Of a stretch of 35,106 nucleotides of DNA, positions 31,340 through 35,106 are shown piece by piece. Under the pieces are notes generated by a model. That model saw only the letters and a list, made by a program, of their open reading frames with translations, was not told the origin of the DNA and made no database searches. The position numbers and the translations under genes are program-made. Position 1 is the stretch's first letter. Each line of letters opens with the position of its first letter. The DNA is from a virus: the IMG/VR virus record IMGVR_UViG_3300045988_029541; one strand, 5' to 3'.

Positions 31340-32047
31340 TTACTTCGTTTTTGCTGCTTCCTGCGCCGCAATAAATTCAGCAATAATTTCTGACTTCGTT
31401 GTTTTTGTGATGTTGTAGCCCTTTGCTGCTGCAATGGTCTTGATATTATCAATGGTCAGCACGTTCAATTCTTCGCTTGTGTATTCCGCTTTGTACTGTT
31501 CTTCGATCTCTTCCACGAACTGAATCAATGTTCCTTCGTCGTCCTGCGGCTTGCAGCCGAATTCAGCGTCAATCACTGTTGCTGAATCAGTCGCCCATGT
31601 GATCGTGAATCCAGCAGAATTTCTTCCGACGATAACAAGATAGCAATTCCCTTCAACTGGATCTTTATGTACAAAAAGAATAACGTACTGCTTGCCGTCG
31701 TCGTTATTTGTTCCGCCGATCTTCAAGATTCTGTACTTCCCTTTTGTTTCTACCCTTGCTGTAGAACAAAGTTTTGAAAGTGTTTCGCCATTCCAAGTGA
31801 AAAGCCCCGTCTTAAATGTTGCTTCCTCGTCTGTTAATACCTCTTTTACGATATGCCCCAGATCGTCTTTTTCCGTTGTCATTGTCGGCTTGTACTCAAT
31901 AGACGCCCCGCCCTTGATCCAGCCTGCGCGCTTTTCGTCTATCATTATTGTTTTGATAAGTTCTTCAAACTCTGGAAGCGTGCCGTTGAATTCATCAATG
32001 AATACTTCTCCGCTTCCCATTGTGACCTTTTCTTTCGATCCTTTCAT
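31340..32047 (-). CDS. Major tail protein with C-terminal HeH-like module
   Basis: The ORF is 235 aa and lies directly upstream of the chaperone pair. Its C-terminal 47 aa are homologous to the capsid C-terminus. Confidence 0.7.
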   Translation of the reverse strand: MKGSKEKVTMGSGEVFIDEFNGTLPEFEELIKTIMIDEKRAGWIKGGASIEYKPTMTTEKDDLGHIVKEVLTDEEATFKTGLFTWNGETLSKLCSTARVETKGKYRILKIGGTNNDDGKQYVILFVHKDPVEGNCYLVIVGRNSAGFTITWATDSATVIDAEFGCKPQDDEGTLIQFVEEIEEQYKAEYTSEELNVLTIDNIKTIAAAKGYNITKTTKSEIIAEFIAAQEAAKTK

Positions 32048-32050
32048 TTT

Positions 32051-32368
32051 TTACACCCTTTCTATGAATGATATTTGATAAATTGTTTCGAAGCACTTTT
32101 CGTCTGGAAGCCACGTTCTTTCGCGTGTCCATTTCCAGTTCCTGCGTTCGAAAAAGTCTTCCAGCTTTTTTTCATTTGCTTTGTCAATCCTCTCTGCATA
32201 GAATTCGACTGCAAGATCGTGATTGAAAAAGCGTGTGTTGAAGTCGTCGCCGTCCCCTGCTGGCTTGTCAAGTATGACTGTGAACGGCAATTTCTGCGGT
32301 TGCGTGAAAGCCGTGTCCGCAGTTGGAATTTGTGTTTCTTTTTCCAGCGTTTCAACAAGATCTTCCAT
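32051..32368 (-). CDS. Tail terminator / tail-completion protein candidate
   Basis: This 105-aa ORF is the last of four small connector genes before the major tail gene. The call is by position only. Confidence 0.4.
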   Translation of the reverse strand: MEDLVETLEKETQIPTADTAFTQPQKLPFTVILDKPAGDGDDFNTRFFNHDLAVEFYAERIDKANEKKLEDFFERRNWKWTRERTWLPDEKCFETIYQISFIERV

Positions 32369-32372
32369 TTCG

Positions 32373-32780
32373 TCACCCCTGCCATATGTTCTTCAATTTT
32401 TCTTCCAGATTCTTTTCCGCAATCTCGCGTCCGTGTTTAATATGTTTCACTGGCTTTGTCCTTCCGCCGTTTCTTTTTGCATGTCCATTTTCAAGCAAGT
32501 GCGTCAGTCTGTATTCTGGTTCTTCTACATACCACGTCGCCCGCTTGTGGTGTTTGTTCAGCATTTCGCTTCCAACTGCAAAATGTGCCTTGTATTCACC
32601 AGTCAGAACGCCGTGTCCCTTTGAAAGATATGACTTCGCTGCTTCGTTGCATTTCTCCGCCGAATCGTCGATCGCTTCAAAGAATTTCTTTTCTTCTGTT
32701 TCATACCACTGAATCAGCATATCCGACAACGTTGTTTCCAGTTGTTCTGGCTTGACTGCTGCCCCTGCGTTTACATTCAT
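32373..32780 (-). CDS. HK97 gp10-family tail-component protein
   Basis: ...YRLTHLLENGHAKRNGGRTKPVKHIKHG resembles the gp10-family LE.G motif region. The position also fits. Confidence 0.55.
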   Translation of the reverse strand: MNVNAGAAVKPEQLETTLSDMLIQWYETEEKKFFEAIDDSAEKCNEAAKSYLSKGHGVLTGEYKAHFAVGSEMLNKHHKRATWYVEEPEYRLTHLLENGHAKRNGGRTKPVKHIKHGREIAEKNLEEKLKNIWQG

Positions 32781-33112
32781 GCAAATTCCTTCTTTCTATG
32801 CTTCGAAAATCTGATCAATGTCAGCTTTGTGATCGGCGGCTGGTTGCTCTTCAAATTATCTACTTTGTCAACGTCAAATTGTTCTTCGCCTATAACAACA
32901 ACGTCGTGTGCTTCGAAAATTTCTAAAAGTGGTACATGAATTACTTTGTCCACTTGCTGATCTGCCGCTTGTGCTGCATAGTGCCTTTGAATGCTCACAT
33001 TCTCTTCGCCGAATCGCAGATCGTCTTCAAATTTTCGAACCAGTTTTCCGTTTTCGTTCTCTGAATACAGATTCATGATCCCGTCGTTGAATTCTTCAAA
33101 TTTGCTTTTCAC
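32777..33112 (-). CDS. Head closure / head-tail adaptor protein
   Basis: I start it at GTG 33112, which overlaps the upstream TGA (GTGA coupling) and gives VKSKFEEFNDGIMNLYSENENG... An alternative ATG is at 33076. The longer track ORF overlaps the upstream gene. Confidence 0.5.
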   Translation of the reverse strand: MKSKFEEFNDGIMNLYSENENGKLVRKFEDDLRFGEENVSIQRHYAAQAADQQVDKVIHVPLLEIFEAHDVVVIGEEQFDVDKVDNLKSNQPPITKLTLIRFSKHRKKEFA

Positions 33113-33435
33113 TGCTCTTCCTCGCTTTCTGCACTCTCTGGCGATTTTTGAGACTGAATTGCTCCACGAAGCGCAAGTGCTGTCAATTCTGACGAAAAAT
33201 CGTGTTTGAACTGTTCGATTGCGTTTGAACGCCCGTATCTGCAATACGAAACAAGCAGTTCCATTGCTTGTCCGTCTTTGTCAAATTCAATTTCTGATCC
33301 GAATTTGTCGTTCAGATAGGCTTTCCCGCGCTTTAATATCCCAGCTATTTTCTTTTCCAGTCTGTCGTCTTTGAACGTTATATCCAACTCATTCAGAACG
33401 TCTTCCAGAAGTCCGTCTTTTTCTGTTTCCGCCAT
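33109..33435 (-). CDS. Head-tail connector (gp6-like / DNA-packaging QLRG-family)
   Basis: LLEDVLNELDITFKDDRLEKKIAGILKRGKAYLNDKFG matches the gp6-like connector N-terminal pattern. It is the first gene after the capsid gene. Confidence 0.6.
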   Translation of the reverse strand: MAETEKDGLLEDVLNELDITFKDDRLEKKIAGILKRGKAYLNDKFGSEIEFDKDGQAMELLVSYCRYGRSNAIEQFKHDFSSELTALALRGAIQSQKSPESAESEEEQ

Positions 33436-33493
33436 ATTGCACCACCTTCATGAATGGCAGCAAGGTTTCAAGCCCTGCTGCCGTCCTTATTCT

Positions 33494-34846
33494 TTACGCC
33501 TGCGCCGCTGTCTGTTTCTCAATGAACGAAGCGATCTTTTCGTTCTTATTGCTTCCAGTGATTTCATACTTCATGTATTTTGCAAGCCCGTCGATCTGAT
33601 CAACTGTCATTTCATTCAGTTCTTCCGAAGTCCAGCTTTTCTTTTCAACCTCAACTTCAACTGTCTGTTTCTCTGAATATGCTGTGACAGTGTATGTTGC
33701 TGCTTCAAGTGCGGAAATATCAAGCACAACGAAGCAGTTGTTGTCAACTGGCTTTCCGTTTCCGTAAAGGAACGCTGCGTATACTCTTTCGCGCTGTAAA
33801 AACTTGTAGCTGTCGTCGTACTCGATCACGCCGTCTTTGCTTGTTCCGACGCCCATGAAATACTTTTCAGCAATTCCGACAACTGCTTTCCCCTGCGGAA
33901 CTTCTTCTGACTGAATGATTGTTGTCGGGTATGGAAGAACGTCATTTGCAAATGTTCCGTCTGGACGCTGCACTGTTGTTGCTGGCATAACTTTATTGAA
34001 ATAGTCAACTGGATTCACAACCATGATCACAGCACCGACCTTGCGCGGGCGACCATTTCTGGAAACTGCAAGTTTCGCGATCACTCCGCCGTACTGCTGC
34101 GCGTCGAACTTCGTGATCTTGACTGCTTCTTTGTCTGGGTATACTTCGCCGTCTCTCTTTGCTGCTGAAATGTCCTTCATCATTCCGATCGGCATGTTTA
34201 CGCCCGTACCACACACAATAGCTTCTTCAAGTCCGCAATATAAAGCGTCTTTCAGTACTTCGCGCACGTAGCTGTCCAGCCATGTTGCGCCAAGATCCAG
34301 CATAGATTTTGCAACTGGAAGGAACGCTGTCAAAGAAAACATTGTCATATTCAGCTTTTCGAACTCGCCTTCAAGTTCCTTTGTGATCTCTGCTGTGATT
34401 GCTCCCCAGACTGCCTTCTGCTTTCCATTCTTGTTCAGAATCCATTCTGTTACATATGTTGTATTCTGGAAGTTGATTGCTGCCAGAAGTTCATGTTCTC
34501 TCTGTAAGTCTTCGAACACGTCTTCAATGATTGTTTCTGGCATAGTCACGTCAAGGTGTGCCAGTGCCTGCTTCGGATCTTCTGACTTCATTGCGTCGAT
34601 TACTTTTTCATAGAACTTCTTTTCAGAGGAAGTCAGCTGGCGAAGCCCTCTTGCCGCCAATGCCTGCGCGTCAAGCTGCTCAATATTTGCCATGCTCTGC
34701 GCGCGTTCAAGGATCTCGCTCTGAATGCCGTCTGCCATGTCTGCCATTGCCTGCGCTACCTTCTCTGGATCCTCTGACTTTAATGCTTCATTGAACTTCT
34801 GTGCAAGTTCTTCTCTTGTTAATGCTTTTACGTCTTTGCTCTTCAT
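33494..34846 (-). CDS. Major capsid protein (HK97 fold by context) with C-terminal HeH-like module
   Basis: This 450-aa ORF lies immediately after the protease/scaffold ORF, with RBS AAGAGG. Its C-terminal 46 aa are homologous to the major tail protein C-terminus. Confidence 0.8.
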   Translation of the reverse strand: MKSKDVKALTREELAQKFNEALKSEDPEKVAQAMADMADGIQSEILERAQSMANIEQLDAQALAARGLRQLTSSEKKFYEKVIDAMKSEDPKQALAHLDVTMPETIIEDVFEDLQREHELLAAINFQNTTYVTEWILNKNGKQKAVWGAITAEITKELEGEFEKLNMTMFSLTAFLPVAKSMLDLGATWLDSYVREVLKDALYCGLEEAIVCGTGVNMPIGMMKDISAAKRDGEVYPDKEAVKITKFDAQQYGGVIAKLAVSRNGRPRKVGAVIMVVNPVDYFNKVMPATTVQRPDGTFANDVLPYPTTIIQSEEVPQGKAVVGIAEKYFMGVGTSKDGVIEYDDSYKFLQRERVYAAFLYGNGKPVDNNCFVVLDISALEAATYTVTAYSEKQTVEVEVEKKSWTSEELNEMTVDQIDGLAKYMKYEITGSNKNEKIASFIEKQTAAQA

Positions 34847-34851
34847 TTTTT

Positions 34852-35106
34852 CTACCTCTTTTCAAGATTTTTTGCTGCTGCCTTTGCCAGCAAAGCTGCA
34901 AGGCTTCTTCCATTTTCCTTCGGATTTGTTTTTTTCTTCTGCTTCTTCTTTTTGTCGTCGTCCGTGTCGTCTTCGTCGCTGTTGTCGTCTGTGTCGTCTG
35001 TGTCGCCGTTGTTGTCCTCGTCGCTGTTGTTGTCCTCGTCGTCTGTGTCGTCTTCGTCGTCTGTGTCGTCTTCGTCGTCTGTGTCGTCTTCGTCGTCTGT
35101 GTCGTC
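34852..35106 (-). CDS. 3' portion of the prohead protease ORF: poly-acidic scaffold-like tail
   Basis: Hand translation gives (DDTDDE)n DNNSDEDNNGDTDDTDDNSDEDDTDDDKKKKQKKKTNPKENGRSLAALLAKAAAKNLEKR, then TAG at 34852-34854. Joining it to 1-787 with the 55-nt overlap gives 987 nt, which is 329 codons in frame. Confidence 0.75.
   Translation of the reverse strand, partial: DDTDDEDDTDDEDDTDDEDDTDDEDNNSDEDNNGDTDDTDDNSDEDDTDDDKKKKQKKKTNPKENGRSLAALLAKAAAKNLEKR

Larger units (their letters stand above)
1..35106. mobile_element. Complete temperate tailed-phage genome (siphovirus-type, HK97-like head module), circularly closed contig
   Basis: The full set is present: terS, terL, portal, protease, capsid, connectors, major tail, TAC, TMP, Dit, Tal, fibre and lysis genes, plus integrase, repressor switch and replication genes. 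nt 1-55 equal nt 35052-35106, and the protease ORF stays in frame across the junction. Confidence 0.85.

Noticed and set aside
35052-35106. Terminal 55-nt identity as a biological direct terminal repeat (DTR) of the virion DNA
   Set aside because: It lies inside a coding tandem repeat in the middle of the protease gene, and it equals a common assembler k-mer length. The HNH-terS arrangement instead suggests cos ends elsewhere. I treat it as circular-contig overlap.
1-35106. Stop-codon reassignment or an alternative genetic code
   Set aside because: All recognisable genes translate as intact ORFs of full expected length with the standard code, and they use TAA, TAG and TGA stops.

Overview
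The window is a complete temperate siphovirus-type phage genome of about 35.05 kb, with an HK97-like head module and Firmicutes-style AGGAGG ribosome-binding sites. It is a circularly closed contig: nt 1-55 are identical to nt 35052-35106, and a ClpP-type prohead protease ORF reads in frame across that junction. About 90% of the coding capacity is on the minus strand. Reading down the minus strand, the order is as follows. (1) Cro-like switch gene (ATG 15893). (2) Early/replication block: DGR target 2, HTH protein, tandem-OB protein, HAD hydrolase, HUH rolling-circle Rep, orphan amino-methyltransferase, VRR-NUC, ParA, ParB, SSB. (3) Intrinsic terminator (4504-4550). (4) Late operon: HNH, terS, terL, portal, protease, then across the junction capsid, connectors, major tail, tail chaperone with a -1 frameshift, tape measure, Dit, Tal, fibre, DGR cassette, membrane protein, holin, endolysin (ends 18608). 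The plus strand carries only the lysogeny module: XRE repressor 16063-16437, a membrane-anchored HIRAN-like protein, tyrosine integrase 17190-18284, and attP-like repeats. The standout system is a diversity-generating retroelement (DGR). It has an RT (21912-23177), a template repeat (23386-23515), Avd (23537-23971) and two variable repeats. VR1 (24048-24177) is at the 3' end of the adjacent tail-fibre gene. VR2 (13756-13862) is remote, at the 3' end of a stand-alone paralogue of the fibre head domain embedded in the early region. 25 of the 26 TR/VR mismatches fall at TR adenines. Each VR, but not the TR, is followed at 29-30 nt by an 8-bp GC hairpin. Other items worth follow-up: a consensus-promoter-to-terminator unit of about 68 nt antisense to the rep leader; the combination of Rep, ParAB and integrase; a shared HeH-like C-terminal module on both the capsid and major tail proteins; a three-operator genetic switch; and an acidic (DDTDDE)n tandem repeat at the assembly junction. 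I saw no rRNA, tRNA or CRISPR array. All functional calls come from motif recognition by eye, gene order and hand translation. No database search was possible.
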